Origin: an uncultured bacterium
GTDB lineage: Bacteria > JAGOEH01
Direction of reading: 5' to 3'
Assembly: GCA_964632485.1 (NCBI GenBank)
Contig: CAZWDO010000001.1
Location: forward strand, 62,001-126,000
DNA length: 64,000 bases
The notes under the pieces are model-generated. The model was not told where the DNA came from. It saw only the letters and a program-made list of their open reading frames with translations, and did no database searches. This document shows positions 40,430 to 50,007 of this stretch, in pieces (within the stretch, counting starts at the first letter, position 1; each line of letters opens with the position of its first letter). A program made the position numbers and the translations under genes.

Positions 40430-43400
40430 ATGAAAAAAAGCAGACTGCTTATAATTTGTCTAATTACTATTTACTGGGTAATATGCCACCCGCCGCAGAG
40501 ACATGACCTGCATCAGCCAGCGAAGCCCGCATCAAATGGCGTTCAAGACACAATCGTTTCCCGAGAATTGCGCGGGGTCTGGATTACCCGCTTCGATTGG
40601 GCTCCCCGTCCAGGAGAAACCATTCAGGAAAAGCTGCAGTCACTATTTAAAAAACTGGCTGAGGCAAATTTTAATACGGTTTTCTTTCAGGTTCGGGCGC
40701 AAGCGGATGTCTTGTATCCGTCTCCCTATGAACCCTGGTCTCCTTTAGTTCAAGAAAAAAATCCCGGCTGCGATCCCCTGCTGATAGCAATCGAAGAGGC
40801 TCATCGACAGGGACTGCAATTTCATGCCTATGTCAACCTGCTTCCGCTCTGGGGTGAAGCAAATCCTCCTCATGATACAACTCATCTTTTTTATCATCAT
40901 GGCCCCCAGGTTGAACCGGGGCAATCCTGGGTGTGTTTCACCGATTCAATAACCCCCATGAAGATCAATGAATACTATTATCTAAATCCAGCGATCCCGC
41001 AAGTCAAATCCTACCTGAAAAAAATTATGCGCCATCTGACAATGAACTACGATATGGATGGCATCCATTTTGATCGTGTTCGATACCCGGGGTCTAATTA
41101 TTTGAACGACCCCTATTCAAAAAAACAATATCAACACGATAGTCTTGAAACAGGAATATCCCGTGAAGACTGGGCGAGAAATCAACTGACCTCACTTGTT
41201 GAACAAACTGTAGCTGAAATACTGACGATTAAACCTTATTTGGCCATATCCTGCGCTTCCTGGGGACTTTATCGGACTCAACATTTAAATGGTTACGAAC
41301 AATTCCGTTCGGGTTATGACACCTATTACCAGGATGCAATCCTTTGGCTCGAACGGGGAATCATGGATTTTATAGTTCCCATGACCTATTGGGATATGAG
41401 CGATCCTAAACCCAATTTCGGAGAACTTTGGGATGAATTTCAAAATCAAAGTTCACATTTTCCGGCCATTCATCAAGGAATTTCAGCTAAAAAAGAGTGG
41501 TTCGATAAAGGGGAAATCCATCATCAAATTGAGTATCTCCGGAAAAACCGAAGTCAAGGGCATGTTTTTTTCTCTTATCGTGGAATTGCCCGGCATCTGG
41601 ATCAGATTAAAAATGAACTCTATACCCAAGCGGTAAGCCCTCTATATCCCCGAACGCGACAACTGAAACGAAAGGCTTATTTGATAAAGCTGGCGCAAGC
41701 CAACCAATCTAACCCCTACGTATCCCTGAAGATGCCCGAACCGTGGGAGCAATGGCTAGATTTAGCGGGAGAAATCGGACTAATCCTTCCGGACACCGTT
41801 GGCCAGCTCATCGTCCAAAACAATGGAGTCACAAGTAGAGCTTCCCTCAAAGAGTGGACCCACCCTCTACGCTACACGTTGACAACAGATGGATTCACTC
41901 ATAATTCCGATTGGTTTGAAATCCGCAATCTGCCCTCTAAAGCGATTAAACGCGAGCGCTTTCACCTTCTGGCTAAAACCCTACTTGCCGGGCAAACCCG
42001 GATCAATCAGGATACTTGTCATCTTTACCGCACTGGAATTTTTTTCTCAACGCTGGACCTTACTCCCGGCTATAATCCATATCAAATATCACTGACGATA
42101 AATGATACAGTGAAGGCGTTTTTCGCCCACTATTTGGAGTATCAGCCCCAAGTAATAATTCAGCGAGATACTTTTCCATTATGGATTGACACCGCGACGA
42201 TTGAGCCAAAAGATACATTGATTGCCTCGCAGGATGATCAATTAAAGTTCCAATTCATCGGCTCTCCGGGACAGCAGGCATCCCTCATCATTCCGGAACT
42301 TAATAAAAAAATATTATTTGTTCGCCGTGATTTTAATGATTATAGTTTATATCAATTGAGCATTAACAGTTGTACATTTCCAATTGATAAGCCCATAGCG
42401 ATGAACGTTGAATTAACGACCCCATTATCCCACTCCCGGCGTGAGCGTTTGGTTTTTTCAATTCCCGCGCCGATTACGATTTTTCCCCGACAGGCATATC
42501 AACTACTGGAAGTCAAAACCAACCACGCGATTTTAAATTATGAAATGGGACAAATCAGACTTGGAGGACCTATCCGCGCAGAATTGGATAGCGGGATTAT
42601 TCTTAAAAGCAATGGACGGACGGGTGAGTTATATCGGATAATTTTGGATGAACAGACACAGGGATTCATCCATCAAAATGATATTAGATTTTTGCCGTCA
42701 GGTTATCCTATTCCTGAATTTTATATCAATTCCATTATCGCAACGGCTGTCGATAGTGGAACACTCATTATTATCCCTTATCCAGAACCAGTTCCCTACG
42801 AGATTACTCCCAATCCGGACGGTTCTGTTATTTCTGTAACACTCTACGGAGCTAAAACGAACAGCACCTGGATCATTCACCGTACTGATTTACCCATGGT
42901 GAAGCAACTTTCATGGGAACAGAGGACGCCTTCGTCCTATACGCTCAATGTCCACCTTAAAAACGCAAAGTTATGGGGATATCGTATTTATAGAGACGGC
43001 GCCAATATAAAGCTTTTTCTTCGTTCCGCGCCGGCCTTGACGATGGAAAACGGGCAACTCTCCATGAAAGGTTTGCATATCGCGCTGGAAGCGGGGCACG
43101 GGGGAACCAATTCGGGGGCAATCGGTCTTTCCGGGTTATTGGAGAAAGATATAAACCTTGCATTGACCAAAGAAATCGAAAAAATTTGTATCCAAAACGG
43201 ACTAAAAGTTACACTGATTCGGCCGGATGACCGAGAGATGGCTTTAAATGAAAAGCGAGATGACGTGGAAAAAAGTTCCGCAGATCTCTTTATTAGTATC
43301 CACGCCAATGCAAGCAGTACGGCAAATGGATTTCTGGGTGTCAAAGGCGCCAGCACCTACTACCACAATATATTTTGGCATCCATTTGCCCAATTTATCT

Positions 43401-43633
43401 ATCAGCGCTTACTTACTCTCGAACTCGCACCCTTTGGAGTTGTCGGTTCATTCAATTACAAACCGATTCGCATGAGTTCCCGCCCGGCCATATTGGTCGA
43501 ACAAGCGTTCATGTCCCAGGCGGAAGACGAAGAAAAACTGGCTGATCCGGTGTTCCGACAAAAAATGGCCCACGCGATTTTTCAAGGGATTAAAGATTAT
43601 GTATTCTGGATGTTCGATCAGCCTGCCAAATAA
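40430..43633 (+). CDS. GHL10 (DUF187) glycoside hydrolase fused to N-acetylmuramoyl-L-alanine amidase (Amidase_3)
   Basis: ELRGVWIT, FFQVR, YDMDGIHFDRVRYP; C-terminal LEAGHGG, EKDINL, FISIHAN, AILVE. Confidence 0.88.
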   Translation: MKKSRLLIICLITIYWVICHPPQRHDLHQPAKPASNGVQDTIVSRELRGVWITRFDWAPRPGETIQEKLQSLFKKLAEANFNTVFFQVRAQADVLYPSPYEPWSPLVQEKNPGCDPLLIAIEEAHRQGLQFHAYVNLLPLWGEANPPHDTTHLFYHHGPQVEPGQSWVCFTDSITPMKINEYYYLNPAIPQVKSYLKKIMRHLTMNYDMDGIHFDRVRYPGSNYLNDPYSKKQYQHDSLETGISREDWARNQLTSLVEQTVAEILTIKPYLAISCASWGLYRTQHLNGYEQFRSGYDTYYQDAILWLERGIMDFIVPMTYWDMSDPKPNFGELWDEFQNQSSHFPAIHQGISAKKEWFDKGEIHHQIEYLRKNRSQGHVFFSYRGIARHLDQIKNELYTQAVSPLYPRTRQLKRKAYLIKLAQANQSNPYVSLKMPEPWEQWLDLAGEIGLILPDTVGQLIVQNNGVTSRASLKEWTHPLRYTLTTDGFTHNSDWFEIRNLPSKAIKRERFHLLAKTLLAGQTRINQDTCHLYRTGIFFSTLDLTPGYNPYQISLTINDTVKAFFAHYLEYQPQVIIQRDTFPLWIDTATIEPKDTLIASQDDQLKFQFIGSPGQQASLIIPELNKKILFVRRDFNDYSLYQLSINSCTFPIDKPIAMNVELTTPLSHSRRERLVFSIPAPITIFPRQAYQLLEVKTNHAILNYEMGQIRLGGPIRAELDSGIILKSNGRTGELYRIILDEQTQGFIHQNDIRFLPSGYPIPEFYINSIIATAVDSGTLIIIPYPEPVPYEITPNPDGSVISVTLYGAKTNSTWIIHRTDLPMVKQLSWEQRTPSSYTLNVHLKNAKLWGYRIYRDGANIKLFLRSAPALTMENGQLSMKGLHIALEAGHGGTNSGAIGLSGLLEKDINLALTKEIEKICIQNGLKVTLIRPDDREMALNEKRDDVEKSSADLFISIHANASSTANGFLGVKGASTYYHNIFWHPFAQFIYQRLLTLELAPFGVVGSFNYKPIRMSSRPAILVEQAFMSQAEDEEKLADPVFRQKMAHAIFQGIKDYVFWMFDQPAK

Positions 43634-43649
43634 ATCTTGTGAAAGGCTA

Positions 43650-44675
43650 TTATAAATCCGGAGAATTTATTTGGTGTAATTCACCGTTAATATTTTCAAT
43701 TAGCAAATATCGGAATTGCGGATAATAGGTCTTCATAAACCGAACCCCATCATTGATACCCAAAGCGAAAATTGCCGTACTCAAGCCATCGCACACCATA
43801 GCGGAATGCCCCGTAACAGTAACTCCAACCAATGTGAATTGTACAGGATAACCTGTAAGAGGATCAATAATATGAGAATATCGATGCCCATCATTCCCCA
43901 AAAAATAGCGTTCATAATCGCCACTGGTCGCGACAGCTTCATCGTCATTAATTTCAAGTGTACACCATATCGAATCATTAGCGCGGGGATTTCTAACCCC
44001 TATCTTCCATCGACCGCCATCCACGGGTTTTTTGCCAAACGTTTTGATATTGCCACCCACGTTGATTAATCCCGCAATCATCCCGGGGGTATGCTGAATA
44101 TAATCCGCCAGTGAATCCGCGATAAATCCTTTGGCAACGGCGCCCAAATCGATATTAATATCAGAGCTGGAACGAATCAACACTGAATCAGCCACTAAGT
44201 TTAAGTTTTCAAATCCCACATGTTTCAACGTTTCTTCGATTTGCAGTGGAGTGGGAATTTTTGCTTTACGAAAATCCCATAATTTGACCAGTGGATGAAC
44301 AGTAATATCAAAAGCGCCGCTGCTTTCCCCGCTGAGTTTCAATGAGAAAGCGATTACTTTTCGCAAAGGGTCTGGCAAAATGACGGAATTCCCCCATTCC
44401 CCCTGATTGAAACGCGCAGGCCAGCTTAACGTATCATAAATAGAAAAAGAACGATTGGCGGCAGCAAGCTCATTTTGAATCTTTTCCACTAACCCAGTTT
44501 CGTCGATAGAGAATTTAGGATCACAATAATAGATCACTTCAATAAATGTATCAAAATATTCAAGAAATAACTCATGTCGAGGATAGCGGTGAGTATATTG
44601 CCGATATAAAGCGACAGCGATTAAAACGGCAAGAAAAAGAGACACAAACCAGCGAGATTTTACATATTTCAGCAT
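43650..44675 (-). CDS. apbE: FAD:protein FMN transferase
   Basis: GAFDITV, IDLGAVAKG, VATSGDYERY, HIIDPLTG, CDGLSTA. Confidence 0.93.
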   Translation of the reverse strand: MLKYVKSRWFVSLFLAVLIAVALYRQYTHRYPRHELFLEYFDTFIEVIYYCDPKFSIDETGLVEKIQNELAAANRSFSIYDTLSWPARFNQGEWGNSVILPDPLRKVIAFSLKLSGESSGAFDITVHPLVKLWDFRKAKIPTPLQIEETLKHVGFENLNLVADSVLIRSSSDINIDLGAVAKGFIADSLADYIQHTPGMIAGLINVGGNIKTFGKKPVDGGRWKIGVRNPRANDSIWCTLEINDDEAVATSGDYERYFLGNDGHRYSHIIDPLTGYPVQFTLVGVTVTGHSAMVCDGLSTAIFALGINDGVRFMKTYYPQFRYLLIENINGELHQINSPDL

Positions 44676-44679
44676 CCGC

Positions 44680-46491
44680 TTATTTCCTATGGAACTCTAA
44701 GGGCAGATGAACAGCTTCCAAAGCATACCAAAGATTACGTCGTTTCCGGTGTTCAATTTTCCATTGCTCAATAACCGAATAATAGGTCGGGGGATCAAGT
44801 TCATAAACGACTAACAGCCAATGCGCGTACTGACTATAATCACTATGCCGCGCCTGGGCCGGATTCGGAACCAGCGTTGCAATATTACCCCGCCAGCATT
44901 CGATTAAGTTCTCTTCAATTTCCATCTGATAGCGAAGCACATCTTTCAACCGATCCTGCCGGAATTTCTGAAGAAGTGGATACTCATCGGGAGTTGAAAG
45001 GATATAAGTAAATAGATGGGGATAATGTTTTGGCATTTCGCTGATCTGCATGATATCACGGGTCAAGCTGTAGATTGAGGCATAATTAACGCGAAACAGA
45101 TGATCCTTTTTTTGAATACCGCGGATCCATTCCAATAAGCGGGATGCTGTTTTTTGGACGGTTTCCTCCTGCAGTATATCGATATCCAGCAACCAGTCCA
45201 CCCAAGTATCCAATCGTTCCCGTTTAATATCCAACGGAATATTAAAGGTATGGGAAACAAGAAAAGTTTTCCAGCGTCGGTACAAGCGTTCAATGACGTT
45301 CGGTGAGGATTTTTCCCTAAGATTGATGTAGTCACTTTTAAAATCGTCCCAACTATCGACGATTCCATAAACTTTACGTTGGAAATGAATGACAGCCGCT
45401 AAAGCAGGGGTATCGGTATACTCTAAGGCTTGTTCCCACCATTCCAAAAGACCCAACATATCCGGGTCAGGATTCCCCAGTTGGAAATGGGGATCAATTT
45501 CAACCAACAACTGATCTTGAACCTGCCAGCGCTTATTTTTCTGTTTCAGATAGATCGGCCAGACTTGCGCGATAACCTGCAAGCCTTCGCGCCACTCTCC
45601 CCGTTTTTTCAAAAAATCGAGTAAAGCCAATACACTCCGCCAGTTTTGATGAAGCTTATCACGGTAAGTGGCTAAATATTTTTCCGGATTAAACTCTTCA
45701 GACAACTGGTTATAGAAACGCTGCCAATAGCCGTCGGCCTGATGCAGCCGTTGATGCCATTCACCCAGTTCCTGCCTGTCATTAAGATATTGATAAAATT
45801 TCTGGCGTGTTTCTCGCGGCAATCCAGTCAAATAATTATACCAACTTGCATTATCCAGCTTCACTAACTCCAGTTCATTTTCAGTTTCAATAAAATGCTG
45901 AAGAAAAACATGAATTGGATCATCATAATTACAAGCATTAAGCCATTCCCAAATTGTATATGCCCGTGAGAAATGGGGTCCGATCGAAAATATATTATCA
46001 TCCAGTTCCATCCACTCGGGAAATTCATAAATTCCCATTTCAATCTCTTCCAGACATTTTTGGAAAAAGTTTTCCGGTACCATACTTTTCTGAAAAAAGG
46101 ATTCAATATCCTCAAGAAAAAGACCTGCCCATTTTTCCACAGTTTCAAAAAAAAACTCACAATTAAAAGTCGTCATTTCCCATTCACATTTGCGATGAAT
46201 ATAGACTCCTTCATCATTGCCTAAATCACCGACTATCCGCTTCCATTCATCCAGAAGGGTATTTAACCGCAACGTCAATTCATCAATCGGTTCCGGAAGG
46301 CTCATTTTTTGTTGATCTGGAACCTGTTGGGCAAGCAAACGATTTAATAATTCGGCTGTTTGTTTATCAAGGTCATCAAGTATTGTTTGGATTTGCTGAT
46401 ATTCAAGTATTCCAAAAATTTTTGCCAGCAAATCGGCAATTTGATGTACGGAAAGATTTTGTAGCAATTCCTGGGCGATTCGTTTAGGCAT
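44680..46491 (-). CDS. hypothetical alpha-helical protein
   Basis: 603-aa ORF with upstream TTGACA-17-TATATT; no motif recognised with confidence. Confidence 0.7.
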   Translation of the reverse strand: MPKRIAQELLQNLSVHQIADLLAKIFGILEYQQIQTILDDLDKQTAELLNRLLAQQVPDQQKMSLPEPIDELTLRLNTLLDEWKRIVGDLGNDEGVYIHRKCEWEMTTFNCEFFFETVEKWAGLFLEDIESFFQKSMVPENFFQKCLEEIEMGIYEFPEWMELDDNIFSIGPHFSRAYTIWEWLNACNYDDPIHVFLQHFIETENELELVKLDNASWYNYLTGLPRETRQKFYQYLNDRQELGEWHQRLHQADGYWQRFYNQLSEEFNPEKYLATYRDKLHQNWRSVLALLDFLKKRGEWREGLQVIAQVWPIYLKQKNKRWQVQDQLLVEIDPHFQLGNPDPDMLGLLEWWEQALEYTDTPALAAVIHFQRKVYGIVDSWDDFKSDYINLREKSSPNVIERLYRRWKTFLVSHTFNIPLDIKRERLDTWVDWLLDIDILQEETVQKTASRLLEWIRGIQKKDHLFRVNYASIYSLTRDIMQISEMPKHYPHLFTYILSTPDEYPLLQKFRQDRLKDVLRYQMEIEENLIECWRGNIATLVPNPAQARHSDYSQYAHWLLVVYELDPPTYYSVIEQWKIEHRKRRNLWYALEAVHLPLEFHRK

Positions 46492-46559
46492 TGACCTTCT
46501 CTCGCACTTTTAATTAATGCTTAAATATAACACATTTTAGATTACTTGTCAAACACTTT

Positions 46560-47999
46560 TTATATTTTTTTATAAAGCCATAGTCCGGCGCTGAGCGCAA
46601 AAAGACCTGCATAGTATCCCATCAAAGCCTCTATTGATTGAAACCAATGGACCTGCCAATATGCCCAAGGGTGTTGAGCAAACCATCCTGTCATTGTTAA
46701 CAAGCCTGAACCGGCCGTATTGACTATTCCTCCTAATGCGCAAGCCGCGAAAGGGATAGGAGAAAAAAGCGCCAGTAAAAATCCGCCGCTAATGGCGACA
46801 CTGAGGGGCAGCCCAATCAACATATTACCAATAAAAGCGTAGGGATGAATCAAACCGAAATGAAAAATCAACAGCGGACCAATCAAAAGAGTTATGAAAG
46901 ATGTCAATACTGACGGCAATAAAAAATAATTAAATATCCATCGGGCGGTTGTCTTAGTTAAATCCTTACGCCATTTTGCGGAGAAATCAAGCCCCCAAAA
47001 GATTCCTAATGTTGCCAGATAGGTCAATTGAAAACCCAATTCCCGATAAACCTCCGGATTCCATCCCAATAAAAGCGCGGCAGAAAGAAGTAACACTTGA
47101 TACTTGGAAATACGAAAATAAAAAACAGGAGCGAGCAGGTATATCAGAATCATAAGGTAAGCGCGTCCAATTGAGCTTTTCCACCCAATTAAAAGCAGAT
47201 AGAGTGTCAACAAAAAGGCGATAGCCACTCGCTTCCACCGATATCCGGGGAAAAAATAGAACAGAATACCTATAATACCGGCAACAATCGAAAAATGCAA
47301 ACCGGAAATGACCAGGATATGGTACAACCCAGCATAGCGAAACTGGTCTTTTACCATTTGATCCAGCAATGCCGATTGATTTAAAAGCATAGCGGAAAGC
47401 AATGCATGGTTTTCTCTTGTTAGATATTGGACAAAACGAGAATGGATGTAAGAGTGGACATTATAACGGCACTGTTGATAGAAATTCATTTCACCGATGG
47501 TTATACTATCCACACCAGCGCGGTCCAAGTTAAGCGCACGTTGATGAGTCCAACCAGCGTTAGACATCCAGGCATCGCAATCAATGGAGAACGCGACAGG
47601 CCGATTGATCAGGTCCTCCCAATTCCAAACTTTATAATATTCCACACGGCGTGAGGGCCATGATGTTCCGTCAGCCAGCAATTTTAAATCAGAATCATAA
47701 ATACGTATATCCTCCAAATGCGCTAAAACCCTCCAGGAGGAAAGGGATAGCGGTGTAAGTTTTCCCCGTACGACAATCCGCTCAGGCCAGGTATCCGTTT
47801 GCTCATAGTGAACACTCCGCCCATCATAGAAATAGCAAATAAAACTGATCAGGCAAAAAAGAAATGTCCATGCGTATTGCTTATAATAGAAGCCGGCAAG
47901 TAAAAAAAATATAATAACGCACCCAAAAGCAACTGTATCCCAGTGAAATAAGCCATACAGACCAGGAATTAAAAAAACCAGTCCCAGAGTGGGATTTAT
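46560..47999 (-). CDS. comEC: ComEC/Rec2-family competence membrane protein (short form, non-canonical start)
   Basis: GLYHILVISGLHF, GFQLTYLATLGI. The frame is open upstream of track start 47717 through hydrophobic segments to an ATA overlapping the upstream stop. Confidence 0.8.
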   Translation of the reverse strand: MNPTLGLVFLIPGLYGLFHWDTVAFGCVIIFFLLAGFYYKQYAWTFLFCLISFICYFYDGRSVHYEQTDTWPERIVVRGKLTPLSLSSWRVLAHLEDIRIYDSDLKLLADGTSWPSRRVEYYKVWNWEDLINRPVAFSIDCDAWMSNAGWTHQRALNLDRAGVDSITIGEMNFYQQCRYNVHSYIHSRFVQYLTRENHALLSAMLLNQSALLDQMVKDQFRYAGLYHILVISGLHFSIVAGIIGILFYFFPGYRWKRVAIAFLLTLYLLLIGWKSSIGRAYLMILIYLLAPVFYFRISKYQVLLLSAALLLGWNPEVYRELGFQLTYLATLGIFWGLDFSAKWRKDLTKTTARWIFNYFLLPSVLTSFITLLIGPLLIFHFGLIHPYAFIGNMLIGLPLSVAISGGFLLALFSPIPFAACALGGIVNTAGSGLLTMTGWFAQHPWAYWQVHWFQSIEALMGYYAGLFALSAGLWLYKKI

Positions 48000-48688
48000 T
48001 GATTTAAAGCGTGATATAAGATATTTATCCCCATTTTGAAGGCTTCTTCCCGGATTTCAGGCGGATCATGATGAACATCACTATCCGCCCAACCATCACT
48101 GATATTCGATTCATAGCTATAAAACAAAACGAGGCGCCCTTCATGAAAAATCCCCAATCCTTCCGGGGGTTTTTCATCGTGCAGGTGAATTTTGGGTACA
48201 CCCCGGGGAAATGAATAAAAACAATGATAAATAGGATGAGAAAAGGGTACGGGAATCAACTCTTTTTCGGGGAACAGCCGGGAAACTTCACGCCGGAAGG
48301 CTTTATCCAACCCATAATCATCATCCACATAGAGAAATCCTCCGTTCTGAAGATGTTTACGCAACATGCGGATATCTTCATCGGAAAAAACAATATTCCC
48401 ATGGCCGGTAATAAACAGAATCGGATAATAGAAAATATTGGGATCAGAGGGAGTAAGAATTGCTTGATCCGGATCACACTGAGCTCCGGCGCGTTTACTA
48501 AATTCATTCAGTAGATTGGGAATAATTGACCGGTCGTTGTACCAATCACCTCCCCCTCCATATTTTAACCGACAGACCGTCAGTTTCGTTTGCTGGAGCG
48601 ACTGTGCGGTTAAAGAGGAACTGAACAAAACCCATACAAAATATATCACATTGAAATAAAGCTTAAACCTGACTGGATGCATAGACAT
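47996..48688 (-). CDS. DUF4159-domain protein
   Basis: LKYGGGGDWY, FITGHG, GGFLYVDDDYG, SDGWAD, AFKMGINI. Confidence 0.85.
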   Translation of the reverse strand: MSMHPVRFKLYFNVIYFVWVLFSSSLTAQSLQQTKLTVCRLKYGGGGDWYNDRSIIPNLLNEFSKRAGAQCDPDQAILTPSDPNIFYYPILFITGHGNIVFSDEDIRMLRKHLQNGGFLYVDDDYGLDKAFRREVSRLFPEKELIPVPFSHPIYHCFYSFPRGVPKIHLHDEKPPEGLGIFHEGRLVLFYSYESNISDGWADSDVHHDPPEIREEAFKMGINILYHALNQ

Positions 48689-49997
48689 TCTCCATTAACC
48701 AGGGGCAGGCAGTCACATTATCTACTACCGTCAGTTCCGACCCCATTTTTTGAATTTTTTTAAAAAAGGAAACTAAGGGTTCTCGTAGATAAAGTTGGCG
48801 GATTCCATAAACCAGCTTGCCCTGCTTATAATATTGACCATATCCCAAGAGATGAAGATTTTGAAATTTATCGATAAAGATATCATTCAAACTCACCAGA
48901 TAGATACCCGGATCAAGCGACATCAATAAATTGGCAATTTTTTCCTTGCCGGCGGTCATCACCAGATTAGTGGGCTGAGTAAACAGATTCAAACTTCCAT
49001 CAAACGAGTGGATCGCATGAATATCAGCGGCATCTGCACCTGAATCGGAGTATGCGCGCAATCGATTTTTAACGAATCCCTGATGGATCAATTCCATCCG
49101 TTGAGAATTGATTCCCAGAACATCGAATGGCCGCGTCCGCCATCCATTAGTGAGGGTACCATCATCCCAAAGCGAAAAATCGCGGGGGAAATACTGTACG
49201 TTGGGATCGTCAAACCAGGTCGTGGCGTTATCCACTGTTTTGATGAATGAAGCCGAGATAAAATTCATCAATGAGGCGACTGCGCTCGTTCCCATCAACA
49301 ATCGGGATTCTTTGCCATAAATGACGTTCTGGTTGGACATGCTTCCAATTAAGTCATTAATGATACTTTTAAATTGATTCGTGTCCAGAAGCTTAGCAAA
49401 TTGGTGCGAACGTTGCCAATGTTCAAATTGTTGCTGGTCGGTTCCTGCTCCAATTTGAAAACTGCCGCCTAATTCCCAATCGCTTTTTTGGTACCGCTTA
49501 TGAAAAGTCTGGCCTATCATATCATGATGGGTTACTGTCAGGCGGAGCCGAATCCAGGGAATCGACGTAATGGCTCGGTATTGTGTAATAATGGCGTTTT
49601 CTAAATCTGTCAGCAATTTAGTACGATCTTTATCGGTATGCAGGTCCAGTTCATTATCATAAATTTGAAAATTCAGATCCCGATAGCCACTATCAAGAGG
49701 TATCAAGAAAAATTCTCCTGTTGACGAGTCGGCGAATTTCAAACGCTTCAACTGCTGGTTAAGGTATTTATTAATCGTATCTGCGTCCGCAAATTGATTA
49801 ACAATAAAACTAATAATCTGGTTCTGACTTCGGACTTGAACCCGCACAGATTGAAAGCGGCTTTCCTGAACACAGGATAACTGCCCTTTTTGGGAGGTGT
49901 ACTCTGTAACCGATTCATTGATACCATACAATAGATATTCTAACGAAAGGGTATCGAGTTCCGTTTTAATTATCGCCAGGATTTCATTCCAATCCAC
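48663..49997 (-). CDS. TldD/PmbA-family protein (PmbA/TldE-like)
   Basis: LWDDGT...TRPFDVLG...LIHQG, PTNLVM, G-Y..QGKLV; no HExxxH metal motif seen. Confidence 0.7.
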   Translation of the reverse strand: MDWNEILAIIKTELDTLSLEYLLYGINESVTEYTSQKGQLSCVQESRFQSVRVQVRSQNQIISFIVNQFADADTINKYLNQQLKRLKFADSSTGEFFLIPLDSGYRDLNFQIYDNELDLHTDKDRTKLLTDLENAIITQYRAITSIPWIRLRLTVTHHDMIGQTFHKRYQKSDWELGGSFQIGAGTDQQQFEHWQRSHQFAKLLDTNQFKSIINDLIGSMSNQNVIYGKESRLLMGTSAVASLMNFISASFIKTVDNATTWFDDPNVQYFPRDFSLWDDGTLTNGWRTRPFDVLGINSQRMELIHQGFVKNRLRAYSDSGADAADIHAIHSFDGSLNLFTQPTNLVMTAGKEKIANLLMSLDPGIYLVSLNDIFIDKFQNLHLLGYGQYYKQGKLVYGIRQLYLREPLVSFFKKIQKMGSELTVVDNVTACPWLMENVYASSQV

Positions 49998-50007
49998 TCA
50001 AAACTCC

